Shown here piece after piece: positions 1-13,291 of a stretch of DNA of 64,000 bases; position 1 is the first letter of the stretch, and the number at the start of each line of letters is the position of its first letter. The position numbers and the translations under genes are program-made. The stretch spans positions 11,507,144-11,571,143 of the forward strand of contig NC_057750.1 in assembly GCF_004010195.1 (NCBI RefSeq). The letters are read 5' to 3'. Source of the DNA: Chiloscyllium plagiosum. Lineage: Eukaryota. The notes under the pieces are model-generated. The model was not told the DNA's origin, ran no database searches, and saw nothing but the letters and a program-made list of their open reading frames with translations.

Positions 1-238
1 GGCCTATCACCCTCGCCTTGACCTCCTTCCACCTATCGCATTTCCAATGCCCCTCCCCCAAGTCCCTCTTCCCTACCTTTTATCTTAGCCTGCTAGATAC
101 ACTTTTCTCATTCCTGAAGAAGGGCTTATGCCCGAAACGTCGATTCTCCTGTTCCTTGGATGCTACCTGACCTGCTGCGCTTTTCCAGCAACACATTTTC
201 AGCTCTGATCTCCAGCATCTGCAGTCCTCACTTTCTCC
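1..238 (+). mobile_element. Penelope-like element terminal (pLTR) fragment, family A, with hammerhead-like motif
   Basis: Same terminal sequence as the RT/GIY-YIG element at 52134-53729. CTGAAGA-A-GGGC-ttat-GCCC-GAAACGTC at 114-141. Confidence 0.75.
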
Positions 239-1189
239 TAATGAGATGTAGAATCAAGCATAGTAATTGAAGTGCAAATCAGCCATGCTGTAGTTGAATA
301 GTGGAACAGGCTGAAAGGGCTGAACGTCCACCTTCAGTTCCAATGGAAATCCAGCTCCATTAGAGGAGGCAGGATAGTGGATAAACCTCAGCTTTACCAT
401 TTACACTAAGTGCTATGTATATTCCCAGGGCCAGACAGACTGAATTGTTTGTTCTTTTTACTGTTCTTGCTGTTCTAAGTTTGTGTGGGAGTTTCTTGTT
501 CAGCAACGATGAATGCCTGGTTAGACAGCTTTGTCATTTGTGGGTATTGGTTATTGAAGTAACAAGGTTTCATCCAGTTTTCACTCAAAATTATATGATT
601 CCAAGTCCAGTGAGCATGAGCACTCACAGGAAGAAATACAACTAAAAAATGAATGTCACCATCTGTAATCACTACTTTATTCACTGACATAAAATCATGT
701 TCAGATTCAATCTGAACACAGCTTGTTCAGTCATAACAAACTGTCACAGCAGAAGAGAGGAGTCAGTTGTTTGGGACAATGGAAAGTGGTGTGGCGAGAA
801 GTTTCAGCAGCAGTGGGAGAGGCTGTGAATACGGAAGAGGAGGTCAGTGGGGAAGGGGAAAGAAAGGATTGAAGACGTGAACTGGAAAGGGAGCAGAGTG
901 AATGCAAAGAAGGTGAGTGGGGGAAAGAGGATATATGGGGAAAGGTAAATTGACTGGATAGGATGAGACTTGGATAGCAAGAGGATGGGCGGAGCATGAA
1001 TCAGAAATAAGCTAGGGAGATGATTGGGTAGAAAGAGATGTAAGAGAGATGGTTTGGTGGGGGGAAGAACTGGGAGCATATAGATTAGGAGAGAGGATCA
1101 GGTGAAAAGAAATGAATGGAGTTGATAATCTAATAGTAGTATTAATTAATGGTATTACTTGTTATTTTATAATATTATTCAGCAGTTCA

Positions 1190-2295
1190 AAAATAGGTAC
1201 AAAAGGTGAAGTCACAAAGTATCAGAGGTGAGCTGGCAAGATGGATACAGAATTGGCTCAGTCATAGGAGACAGACGGTAGTGGTGGAAGGATGCTTTTC
1301 CGAACGGACAGTTATGACGAGTGGTATTCCACAGCACTTCTGCTGTTTGTGGTCTACTCAATGATTTAGAGGAAAATGTGGCTGGGCTAATTAGTACGTT
1401 CATGGACAATACAAAGATTGGTGGAGTTGCAGATAATGAGGATGGTCAGATGATGTAGCAGGTTATAGATCAGTTGAGGCATGCGCAGAAAAATGGAGTT
1501 TAATCCAGACAAAGGTGATGCATTTCGGAAGTTCAAATTCAGGTGGAAATTATATGGTGAATGGCAGAACCCTTAGGTGTACTGATATGCAGGGGGATCT
1601 GGGTATGCAGGTCCACAGATCACCTGAAGGTGGCAGTGCTGGTAAAAAAGGTAAAAATGGCGTATGGCATTCTTGTTTTCATTGGAAGGGGCATAGAGTA
1701 TAAGGATAGGCAAGTTATGCTGTAGCTTTATATGACTTTAGTTAGGCCACACTTGGAATATTGTGTACAGTTCTGGGCATCACACTTCCAGAAGGATATG
1801 GATGTTTTGAAGAGGGTACAGAGACTGTTTAACAGGAGATTGCTTGGTATGGGGAATTTTAGCTATGAAGAAAGATTGGATAGACTGGGTTTGCTTTCAC
1901 TGGAATGCAGGAGATTGAGGGGTGACCTGATAAAAGTTTATAAGATTGTGAATGGCATGGATAGAGTGGAAAGTATGAGGCTTTTTCACAGGTTGGAGGG
2001 GTCAATTACTAGGGGGCACAGGTTCACAGTGCGGGATGGCAAGCTTAAGAGATGTGTGAGGCAAGTTTTTCACACAATGGGTAGTGAATGCTTGGAATGC
2101 GCTCCCAGAGGAGGTGATGGAGGTAAACACACTAGCAGCATTCAAGAAGCACCTGGATAAATATGTGAATAGGAAGGGAATAGAAGGATATGGATCCTGT
2201 AAGTGAAGACAGTTTTAGTATGGTAGGACAAAATGTATCAGCTCAGGTTTGGAGGGCCAAAGGACATGTTCCTTTGTTGTGTTGTTCTTTGTTTT
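1190..2295 (+). mobile_element. CR1-clade LINE (HER1-like) 3' fragment, degenerate
   Basis: ORF2 C-terminal peptide LVRPHLEYCVQFW...RRLRGDLI followed by a CR1 3'UTR. Frameshifted. Confidence 0.9.
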
Positions 2296-2343
2296 TAAAT
2301 AATCAGAAAAATGACTCAAAACAATATTGCTATTTATTTACAG

Positions 2344-2399
2344 ATTTTTGAGGAGAAATCAGAACACAGTCGACTTTATCGTTTTTTGGGAGCTGACAG
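2344..2399 (+). CDS. MAP4K1-like: Penultimate coding exon of a MAP4K (GCK-I family) gene, end of CNH domain (IFEEKSEHSRLYRFLGAD-R)
   Basis: tttatttacag acceptor and AG|gtaaga donor. 56 nt, phase 0 to 2. Aligns with the recalled MAP4K5 segment VTQEISDETRVFRLLGSDR and splices in frame to 3248. Confidence 0.85.
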
Positions 2400-3247
2400 G
2401 TAAGAATCTTCAAAAGTAGTCATGTTCTGCACTGAGTCCTATTGCTTTGCTACATGACCTTTGGGAAACCTTGACATTGTGCAGCTTGTCTTTCTGTAAT
2501 TCTCAATAAAACAGCCCTTCGGGCCATCTCAATAAAAACAAACAAAGCCATAAGATTGTTTAATAAACTGCTGTATACCTGTGGCAGTTGGCAAAGGTTG
2601 AGAGTGCTAAATCTGTGTCACAGATCACTAAAACTGCAACCAGAGAACTAAATTTGGTTTAGGAATTGAATACTATGGAAATGAATGGCAAGTCTCTTGA
2701 TCCAATAGGATTATGTAGGATGGAAGGTAATGGGAAGTATTTTGATCAGTTGGGATTCTGTCCATGGGGACTAAGTGAGATGAGATTTGGCTTATTTTGG
2801 GTTTCTGTACAATGCAACTAATGGGTAAAAGTTTGGTCCATCTAGAATTCTGTACATTGGGATTCTGTACAATGGGAATAAATAGAGAAGGGGAGGGCAA
2901 TTAAAATTCAATGCATTGTGGTGAGTGAATGGAGAAGCATTGAATTTCCAGATAACTGATCAGGTTTGTTGGTGGTCCAGTAGTTTGTTAGAACCCTCTG
3001 TTCATGTTAGCACATGAAGAACAATCACTTAGGGAATGTATAAGTGGATGCCTAATGCTATGGATGTATCATAAACTTTCTACAAATGACGTGAGGCAAG
3101 TGTCAAATATTGGTGAAGTCTGGACACAAACAAATATTTCAATTCAGTGGCAAACATCACAGTCAGTTTTAGCCATTAGGAGGGTCTCTCAAGGGAAAAT
3201 AATGTTGTGACATTGATGATATGTTGTATTTTTGTTTAAAGCTGCAG

Positions 3248-3380
3248 ACTGGTGATCTTTGAAACCAGGCTGGCCGATGACCCCACCTCTCACAGCAATC
3301 TCTACACTATGCAAGTGCCAGAGAACCCGTTGTGCAAGATGGGAGCCGTGCACTCAGATGGGGCCACAGCCCGTCAATGA
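3248..3380 (+). CDS. MAP4K1-like: Terminal coding exon of the MAP4K gene ([44 protein letters not shown])
   Basis: tttttgtttaaagctgcag acceptor. Contains the family C-terminal motif E(S/T)RxxDxPTxxSNLY (HPK1 recalled as VETRPVDDPTAPSNLY). TGA at 3378-3380. Paralog assignment is less certain than family assignment. Confidence 0.85.
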
Positions 3381-3633
3381 CGCCATTCTCATGGGAAAAA
3401 CAGGATTTTTAGCAGCACGACAAAGCTTAAAAGAGAAGATATTTAATATTGCTGACCACTCTGCATACTGTGTTGGGTGTGGGTTAAAGGTTTGTCCTTG
3501 ACTGCTGAATCTGCATTACAGTTTGGATGTGTCCTTGTATTATAGCAACACCTTCTAATTCAACATCATGTAAAGCTTGAATGATGAATATTCTAAAGTA
3601 GAATTGAGAAATGAATTAATTGATATTTCTATA

Positions 3634-3643
3634 AATAAATAAA
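3634..3643 (+). terminator. Overlapping AATAAA polyadenylation signals of the MAP4K gene
   Basis: AATAAA at 3634-3639 and 3638-3643, about 250 nt after the stop codon, followed by T/GT-rich sequence. Confidence 0.7.
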
Positions 3644-4390
3644 TTTATTTGATGTGATACAGTACATCTTCTTTGGTGCAGTGACTTCAATCTAGAGTTT
3701 AGTCAGTTTGCCAGGCTGTGGTTGAAATCTATTAAATGGATATACTTAACACATTAGGGTATGCCAATCAGAAAGGCATGTCCAAAAAAAACCACAATTC
3801 TGTTCCCCTCCCTGTCAATTTTGAACAATTAGGTTGAAGCAAGTTGTTTGCAAACTCAGCACCCTACTTGACCACTAGCTACACTTGTTGTTCACATCTT
3901 CTCTATTTCCAAGTCTACTTACATTTACCTCTATCTCCATCTTCCCTCATATGCTACTGAAAATCTCATCCTTGCCTTTATACCCTTCAGATTAGATTAT
4001 TCCAATACTTTCTTGGTCAGCCTCTGGCCATTTGAACTTCAGTTGGCAGTGGTGTCAGTCAATGTAGATGAACCTGTGCTGCATTCAGATTATCTTACTG
4101 AAACAGATACATTTTGGGAAATATCACACTCGCTGTGTTAACAAGGCTATTGAACAGAATCTGTCTGTGTTTGTGGGCAATGTACAAATCAGTTATTTCA
4201 TCCAGTTCATAATATTTATCAACTGACTGTTTTCCCTTCATATATTCACAGGGCCAAATACTTAAAAACAGCCTCCAGCTGGATGTCTGGTAGGGGTAGG
4301 ATTCTTCAGGGGAACAAGTCACTCAACAGTAAGCAGCCTCACTGTCATGTCAAAAACAGAGACCCTGAATGGGTTGACTACAATTTTTTT

Positions 4391-4548
4391 AGTGTGTTGC
4401 TGGAAAAGCACAGCAGGTCAGGCAACATCCCAGGAGCAGGAAATTTGACGTTTTTCCTGCTCCTCGGATGCTGCCTGACTTGCTGTGCTTTTCCAGCAAC
4501 ACATTCTGGACTCTAATCTCCAGCATCCGCAGACCTCACTGTCTCCTA
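4391..4548. mobile_element. Fold-back Penelope-terminus mini-element (family A)
   Basis: Inverted arms at about 4393-4441 and 4455-4504 (gtgttgctggaaaagcacagc / gctgtgcttttccagcaacac). Confidence 0.75.
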
Positions 4549-4714
4549 GTTCTTCTTAGGCATCCCTCAGAAACAAGAATAACATGCTTCCACCCCAATT
4601 AGATTGGTTCAGAGACGGCAACTCAATTTGCCATCCGCAGACTCCCCAAACGTTGCTGCTTGATGGGTGGGGAAAGTGAGTTGTTTGGAGGTTTGTGCAC
4701 TCCTTTGACATGTC

Positions 4715-4841
4715 CGATTCTTGATGAAGGGCTCCTGCCCGAAACGTCGATTCTCCTGCTCCTCGGATGCTGCCTGACCTGTGCTTTTCCAGCAACACAC
4801 TCTCGACTCTGACCTCCAGCACCTGGGGTCTTCACCTTCTC
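4715..4841 (+). mobile_element. Penelope-terminus fragment (family A) with 6-bp TSD
   Basis: CATGTC direct repeats at 4709-4714 and 4842-4847. Degenerate hammerhead-like core. Confidence 0.7.
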
Positions 4842-5274
4842 CATGTCAGCTTCACCTTTGCATTTTTTTCCGATGAAGACTCCCTACGTGAATAGTGTCT
4901 TCCCGAGTGAATCCTGTCTGTTTTGGTATTTCCATAACACCACTTTGCCAAAACAACTCCAACGGGTGAGCTTTTCTTCCCCCTCAGTTGCATTTTGAGT
5001 AATTCTAACACTTAACTTCAGTTCAATCCCTTTCCTCGTGCCTCAGTCTCATATAAATCCTACTCCCTGCCTTTTGTCGCCAGATCAATTCTGACTCTCT
5101 GCTCCCTCTCTCCAGGTAGATCCTATTCCTCCCGCCCACTGTCTCCAGGTAAATCTTATTCCCCGCTCTTTTTTTTTATTAAAACCTCCCTCCTCTTTCC
5201 AAAGATCATTTTCTTCTCCCTGAATTTTGCATGTAAAATGTAACCAACTGAAGAGACCTATCAATGCCCACAGT

Positions 5275-5465
5275 TAGTCGCACGTGCCCACAGCCTCCAA
5301 TAGTGATCAACGAAGGCGGGGCTCGGACTGTTGCAGGACGTACGTGATCATGATTGGGTTGGGAAAGGCGGATTGACAGGTTTGGAGTTAGAGCAGGTTG
5401 GAGGGACTGGGTAGTGGAGTGAGGGTAAACAAACGGAGGTAGGATCCGCCAAGCAAGAGATCGTT
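5275..5465 (+). promoter_or_regulatory. Putative CpG-rich promoter of the CDKL gene
   Basis: Local CpG retention. E-box CACGTG 5281-5286, CCAAT 5297-5301, GC box GGCGGGGC 5315-5322, ATTGG 5353-5357, forkhead-type GTAAACA 5425-5431. Lies about 400-550 nt upstream of the ATG. Confidence 0.6.
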
Positions 5466-5804
5466 ACAACCTGCCTTTAAAGGAAGAGACAGCAATAGAA
5501 TAAAAGACGCAGAGAGAGGATAGTAGCAAAGAGAGAAAAAGATGGCAAGAGAGGAAGGTGAGAAACCGGGAGAGTAACAAAAGGAGAATGGAAATACAGC
5601 AATCGAGAGAAGAGAAAGGCAGATCAACAGAGAGAAATCGCTACAGAGAGAAACTGTGATAACTGGAAGTCAGTGAAGTAGCGCTCGATAAACATTTTTA
5701 AAAATCAGATTGATCTTTGAATTAAAAACATATTTTCAACTGAAAATCAGAAGCAGAAAAAGCAAATTTTATAGTCTTTGCTTTGGAGACTTTGGCGTTT
5801 GTGA

Positions 5805-6005
<201 letters not shown>

Positions 6006-6419
6006 TAACTGCTACATTTAGTTGGTTTCTAGAGATTCAGAAATTGTTCTTCCAGAAGGGAATATATTCTAACTTCCTCCTAAATCCAGTTCACTCGGCA
6101 CATTAGTACTCTATGACCTGTACTGACTGGTTCCTGGGCTAACAAAAAAGTAATTTCAAAATTCTCATTCTCCTGTTTAAATACTACTTCTGTTGCACCC
6201 TCCCAATCTATATAATGTTCAATGACCTGAGAATTGTCTGGATTATTTTCTACATTGGAACACTTCAAACAAATACTTCAGTGGTAGTGAAGGGTTTTTT
6301 AACAGGCGCCTGGTGGTCTGAAAGGTGTGACTATATTTAAGTCTTTCTTGTAAGGAAAAAAAACTCCTTTTGCTCCACCATTACCTTTGGGCTCTTAACT
6401 CTGGAAATCTGTTATGAAA

Positions 6420-6686
6420 CGGTGGCACAGTGGCTCAGTAGTTAGTACTGCTGCCTCACAACACCAGGGACCCAAGTTCAATTCCAGCCTTGGGGACCCT
6501 CTAGGTGGAGTTTGCACGTTCTCCCCGTGTCTGCGTGGGCTTCCTCCGGGTGATGCTAAATTGCCCATAGTGTTAGGTGTATTCGTCAGTGGTAAATGTA
6601 GGGGAATGGGTCTGGGTGGGTTACTCTTTGGAGGGTCGGTGTGGACTTGTTGGGCCTGTCTCCACACTGTAGGGAATCTAATCTAA
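6420..6686 (+). mobile_element. HE1-type tRNA-derived V-SINE
   Basis: tRNA-like A/B-box head, V-domain gtttgcacgttctccccgtgtctgcgtggg, LINE-derived tail ending in aatct repeats. Confidence 0.85.
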
Positions 6687-7439
6687 CCAAAATCTTTGTG
6701 ACTACTCAATGTTACCACATCGATCAACTTTCTGGATACCTGTCCCAATGTCTCCTTTATCTTGGTGTCAGAATTTGTCTAATTACAAAAAAAAGTCTTG
6801 AGACTTATGTTTGACGGTTTAAAAAAGGAAAGACTTGAATTTGCAACATGCTTTACACTATACTTCTGTTGTGTAGTTCTTGTTGGTAAGTAGGAAATGG
6901 GGTAGTCAATTTGTTCAAAACCAGATCTCACTAACAATAATTAAGTATGTGATTGTATTTATGATTTTGGAATGAGGAATAAGTATTAGGAACAACATTG
7001 GGGAGGACTGTTTTTGAGTAGTATCCTAAAATATTTTAAGTGTGGGTAATGGGGCTTCAGTAGAATGCCTCATAGGTATTTTATAAGTGCAGCTCAACCC
7101 GTTGCTCCTGTGTTATCTCTGCATTAAAGAATGTGAAATGCTTTTGCTAACAGAAATGGATTGTATCATTGGGATTGCAAGAATGTGTCGACATCAATCA
7201 CCTAGTTCCCTGGGAGAGGGAGGCCAGCCCAGGAGCTGTCAATAGCTACAATCAGGTGGAAGGCATCTATCATCCTGCTGAAATTCCCTCACTTGTCTAA
7301 CTGATGCTCACCACTTGCCCATGTCGATTTGTTGTCTCTGTACTTGCAGAATTCTACTTTGTGCATCTGTTAACTTAAGGCGACAACTGTGTGTCAGAGT
7401 ATGGAACACTCAGCTAAGTCAGAATGTTATGCATTGTTC

Positions 7440-7820
7440 ACTGCTTCTGAAGACGCTTGAGCAAAATCCAGGCTGACAATGTGCAATACTAGTGAGGAAG
7501 TATTGTAATATTAGGTATGTGATTTTACTGATGCAAATGGACCCATCTGCCTTCTCTACAGGATGTAAAAGAATCCATAACATCATTTCAAAGATGACCA
7601 GGGGAATTCTCCCTGATATCCTAGCCAATATTTAACATTCAACAAGTGATATAAACAGACAATCTGTTCTTTCACTGCTTATGGGATCTTGTTGTCTGCA
7701 GGTTGGCTGCTGCATTTTGTTTGTTACTATCATAGCTCTGACTTAAAAGTATTAATTGGCTGTAAAACCATCGAGACATACTGAGGTCATGAAAGGATCT
7801 GTACAAATGCAGGGTTTCAA
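7440..7820 (+). mobile_element. Degenerate Deu-SINE (SacSINE1-like)
   Basis: Deu-domain-like ggatgtaaaagaatccat...caggggaattctccctgatatcctagccaatattt. Similar to the copy at 58690. Confidence 0.65.
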
Positions 7821-8419
7821 GTAAGTCCTGTAATGCCTTTTTCTTTGTTTCTTGTAATGTCTTAGTTTACTATAATGAGTGGTTCATGATGAACTGATCC
7901 TCTGCTTCTTGTTATCTGCTTCACGAGATTTGAGCATATTTATGCAAACTGAAGTATGACTAAATTTTCAGTTTATGCCAACTGGGTGTAACATTGTCTC
8001 ACAATTCTAAACTTGGGAATACAGTGAACCTTTACTGAGTCACCAAATACTAGGAGTGTATCAGCTCTAAACTGCCCCAATCAGAAATTAATTGATGAAG
8101 CCACACATTCCTCCTTACATTAGATTAGGTATCACCTGAGTACCTCACCATTGCTCCAACTAGGTTATAGTACTTCCACCAAAGCCTGAACTGCCTCCTT
8201 TCCAAAGAATGTCTGAATTAATGTTTGCCACCAAAGGCAAAAATACAAAAGTACAAAAATTAGACAAAAAAGAAAATTATTTTTATTCATCCTCATAGGA
8301 TGGCAGGTGGGACTTAAGCCCACAGGTAGGGACACTACTACTGTGCAACAAGAGTTCCAAAATTAGATGTACATGCTTTTTCTGAAATGTCATCCTCAAA
8401 TAGTGTTTCCTAACTCAGT

Positions 8420-9192
8420 GCAAATAATTGGTCAGAATTTTGAGTATAGGATTTGGGATGTCATGCTGCAGCTGTACAGGACATTGGTGAGGCCAGTTTC
8501 AGAATTCTGTATACAGTTCTGGTCATTCTGTAGGAAGGATGTTGCCAGCAATGATGCCTGGGTTCAGTTCCCATCTGCTCTAGCGGTGTATAATAACTTC
8601 CTTGAACAGGTTGATTAGAAAGTATCCATAATGTTTTGCTGTTATGCTATCAAAATAATATCATTCACAAACTAAGAAAAATAAATTATTTAAAAATGGA
8701 TGTTGCCAGCAACATCCTTGAGAGGGTGTAGAAAAGATTTACAAGGATGTTGTCAGCACCGGAGAGTTATAGGGAGAGGCTGAATAGTCTGGGCATTTTT
8801 CCCTGGAGTGTCAGAGACTGATGGGTGACCCTTATAGAGGTTTATAAAATCATGCCGGGCATAGATAGGGTGAATAGCCAGGGTCTTTTTCCTAGGGTGA
8901 GGGATCCAAAATTAATAGGCTTAGGTTTAAGGTGAGAGGGGAAAGATTTAAAAAGGACCTGAAGGGTAACTTTTTTGTGCAGAGGGTGGTGCGTGTATGG
9001 AATGAGTTGCCAGAGGAAGTGGTGGAAGCTGGTATAATTACAACAATTAAAAGGCATCTGGATGGGTATATGAATAAGAAGTGTTTAGAGGAATATGGCC
9101 AAATGCTGGCAAATGGGACTAAGTCAGATTGGGATGTCTGGTTGGCGCAGACGATTTGGACTAAAGGGTCTGTTTCTGTGCTGCATGACTAA
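8420..9192 (+). mobile_element. CR1/HER1 LINE 3' fragment interrupted by a short insertion at 8552-8697
   Basis: LYRTLVRP...NFFVQRVVRVWNELPEEVVEAG peptide and 3'UTR. The insert is flanked by 15-bp GGATGTTGCCAGCAA repeats (8537-8551, 8698-8712). Confidence 0.88.
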
Positions 9193-10511
9193 ATAGATTT
9201 CACTTCTGAGGGGCTATCCACCCACTTCATCTCACACCTTCTGAAATGCCCTATTTCAATTCTCTCCTCAGAATTGTCCTTCCTCCTACTTTGCAATCCT
9301 CTCCCAGACAAAATCTGCAAATCTACACAGCAAATGGAAAATAGATTAATCACCACCATGTCCTATCGCTGAGACAAACTATTCCTTCTGCATGAGAACA
9401 GATTGTGCACTAAATTTAGTTACAAATTCCAGATTGGGATTACATTTACAAAAATGTACCAGTTCCCTTCTTGCTGTGGACACAATCTTAATTAATTGTG
9501 TTTATTTGCCAGTGCATTATCAGATGTTTATTCCATTAGGGAGAAATCAGAAAGTGGGCTGCCTGTCCCTTTTGATATTGGGATGTAATGGACAATGGTT
9601 AATCCACGTTATATCTTTGGTAAGCTATACAGTTAAAGCTCTGATCCATGAGACTACAACTGCTGCCAAATGGAATTATTCCTCTTTTGTTAATCAAGTT
9701 TGTTGTTAGAATTGTAGAATGGTTACAGCACATAAGGGAGCCATTCTTCTCACCTTGTCCATGTCAGTTCCCTGTGTGGGCCAGGTAGTCCCATCCTAAC
9801 TTTTGCCAAAAATTCTGCACTTTTTTTCAGATATTCCAATTCTGCGTTGAAAGCTATGATTGACTCCACCAGACTCTTAGGCAGTCCATTTGAGATCCTA
9901 ACCATTCACTGCATCTTTTTAAACAAAAATCGCTTGCATCACCATTATTTTTGCCAGTCAACGTAAGTTAGTTCCACTATGAGAACACATGTCAAATAAT
10001 TAAATAAACAACAGAAGAGGAAAGGTGAGCTTCATGCAATGATGACCTGGATTGTGCTGCGTGAAAGGCTGGTGGAAGCAGATTCAATCGCAACTTTCAA
10101 AAGGGATCAGATAAATACTTGAAGGCAAATACTTCCTAGCTATGGCGAAAGAACAGGGAAGTGGAACTCAATTAGGCAGCTGTCTCGAGATCTGGGAAAG
10201 GGAATGGTTGTCTCCTATCCTGCATGATTCTATCTCTTGTGCAGTTGCCCTTTTCATATGAACAAGTGATCTATATGCATTATTTCACTGGTTGGCTTAA
10301 CAGGAGGATTACCGTCAGGTCAGACCTGGGCTGGGGTTCTAATTGATGTTGGAGATTTGATTAATGTTTTTGTATATTTATATTGTTTCCATCTATTAGT
10401 CTTTTAAAATTAGCCAATTAAAATTTAAATTGTAAACTGAACTATACAGACGGGTTTTTCTGTATACATGTGTAATCATTATCAAAGTTAAACCGGACAG
10501 ATCACTTTCCA

Positions 10512-10630
10512 GGTGAAACTGAGGACTGCAGATGATGGAGATCAGAGTCAAAAAATGTGGTGCTGGAAAAGCACAGCAGGTCAGGCAGCATCCAAGGAGC
10601 AGGAGAATCGATGTTTTGGGCATAAGCTCT
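10512..10630 (-). mobile_element. Penelope-terminus fragment (family A) with TTTCCA TSD
   Basis: Direct repeats at 10506-10511 and 10631-10636. Confidence 0.7.
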
Positions 10631-13291
10631 TTTCCAACCTAACAGCAGGCATCTGCCATACCAACTTTGATTCTGTAGAAATAATTAAATTAGTTAGTCA
10701 CCTTTCATTAATGAAAAAGAAAAATATGTTACAGTTTGTTAATCAATAAAGGGTTCTTTTTGTGGTTCTTCTGAAGGTTGCTTTTATTGACCATGCCTTG
10801 TTGCCTTGAGTTGATGGTGCTGGGCCACATTCTTGAACCACTGGAATCCTGATGTTGGTGATATGCCTGTGATGATTTTAAATAGAGAATTCCAGGAAAA
10901 TGAGCCATTGACTAAGCAATGTGTGACCAATTTAGGATGATTTAGTGGTAGCATTTCCGAGACATCACTGCTCATGACTCCCTTTACTTTCAGCTCCCTC
11001 AAATGAAAGCTAAATTCAGACTGAAAATTTCTCATGTATGACTGACTGTAATATGATCTGTTAATGCTCAAACCTTACAACCAAAGAAGTGTAGACTAGT
11101 AATTTAATCTGTAGTTGCTTGTGTTCAAACCCTTTCTGCCTGTCTCTCTGACAATAATTAGATATTGAAGTTACTGAGAGGAGATTGTTCTAACTGTAAA
11201 CAAACACTTCCATCAACCGATGTTAACAAAATTTAACCTATTGGGTATGGTTTGGAGCATCTTGACTATCCAGTCCCACCTTTACCGTGCAATATGCAAA
11301 ATACTGTATAATGCGTTTTCACACTCTGATTATGGTTCTAAATTCATAGATCTGTTGAGATTAATTTGGTTTTGTTAGTAAACTTCTCAGATGTAATTCT
11401 TTTTAATACATAGATACGGGTCCCATCTAAGTACTGACATGCTTAATGAATGATGAGATCTTGCTGTCAATCGTCAAACAAGGTTCAGGCCAATTATGTT
11501 TCATTTTTTGCTTCAAGGAAGTTAACTGACTTGCCCTGATACAATTGCCTAATTAGAAAATACATTTGGCTGGATTTGAATTTCATTGGATCTTTGGAAC
11601 TGAAACACCTGCATCAAGTGGATTTGCAGGCAATGGCTAACAATAACAATTTATATTCATACAATACCTTTAATATAATGTTCTGAGGAAAAGACGGTGA
11701 GGTAAAAAGATTGAGAGAAGGTATTCCACTGATGAGCCTACTAAAATTGGGAATCTTTTAGAGCGTACCTGGTGTGTATGCATGATAAGTTTTACCTTTG
11801 TTTTTGCTGTCAGGAGGACAAAACAGGAAAACAATGAGAATCCCTGATTTCACAAAGTCTGAAATTCTGCACTCCATTTCCTGCCTCCCTCACCTTTTTC
11901 CCCTACACTGTACTCCTCTGCATTAAATGAAAGTGTATTAAATGCTTCAACTGTCTCTGACCCCCAAACTATACATGAACTATTTCCATAGATTGACACT
12001 GGAACAAAAATAGCTATGGTTCTTAATAATGCTGCAAAGGTGAGATTGAAATGTGTCAGTGAAGATCACAACAAGGCTTGTCATCAACTGCATTTAGCAT
12101 CTTATACTTTTAGAGGAGATCATATATCTTTTAAAATAATATTTTACATGCTTAATTCACCCACAGATTGTTACTGCTACTGTGGCTCTCTAGTGTTAGA
12201 TTTGAACCAACAGCATTTTGCTCAAGTATTACATGGTTAAAAATGCTCCGCCCATACATATCTGTGGGATATTCAGAATTCAAGTGGACACAGGATTGAA
12301 AAATTACAATGTTATTTCAACAATAATGCAGCATGTGTATTATGAGCATGAATGTGTCTAGTTATGGGAGTGAACGGTTAGGGGTTCAGTCTATTGTATT
12401 CTGCATAATGAGAGAGAGTGGAAATAAGTCTGGTTGTCTCCATTACAGGAGGCATATAGAATAGGAATGAACAGGAAGTGTATTGATCCGTGGTTCTAAA
12501 CAGTGAGGTTTGATCTAATTATTTTGAAAATTCTCAAGTGGCCTGAGGGAGGTTAGTGAACAGCAGGTATTTAAGTAGAAAAGCACAGTCTGTGCTTTTG
12601 TCTGTGCCTAAATAGATATTTAACTGTTTTTGAAAGTTTTTAGTTGTTTTGATACTTTTTTTTCTCCTTCACTGTGCATAGGATGGTGCCCAATCATGCC
12701 AACTCATTAATCAGTTCAGTCCAAACACTGAACAATGCCAATGATTCTGTACTAAAAGTAAATGTTATTGTTGGGACTTTGCCATTTAACTGCTGCTGCA
12801 AGTTGAAGTTCACACCAGGGGTCATTTCTGTTGGGAACCATACTCCAATCTTATGCACAGTAGGGCTCATTGAGCCATGATCATGACTAAGATCTTAGTT
12901 GTATTTTCCAACACCACTTCAAGCCCACCACCACCACTATCTCAGATACGGAGGTCAATTTTGGCTGAGCTTGAGACTGTGAAAGAAAAGCAGTTTGCAT
13001 TTGTACACCCACTGTTTCCTCCCCCCCCCCCCCCCAATATGCTCTCAGAATAATTATAAGCCAAAATAGTAATTGTACTACATTGAAAGCTCTGACATTT
13101 TTCTATATTGCCTTCTCTGCCTTATATTTTAGGAAGGCATCAATGAAGTTAGTTCAATAATGGTTGCTTGCAACTAATTCTTAATAATAAAGTGCAATGC
13201 ACAATAGGAATGTAGAAAAATGTTGCAAGTAATCTGCACATTTACAAACTCCTGCAAAAACAACAATAACTTGCATTGTTGTAATTTTCAT

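Noticed and set aside
415..645. 76-aa ORF with a hydrophobic N-terminus, or a further MAP4K exon
   Set aside because: No similarity to the expected preceding MAP4K exon (LAFWKHGMQG-like) in the frames I read, and no convincing splice pair.
731..1110. Ser/Pro/Leu-rich minus-strand ORFs
   Set aside because: They are a by-product of a low-complexity purine-rich tract.
6420..6495. tRNA gene (also 59038 and 61161)
   Set aside because: The tRNA-like heads continue into SINE body and tail sequence, so they are not standalone tRNAs.
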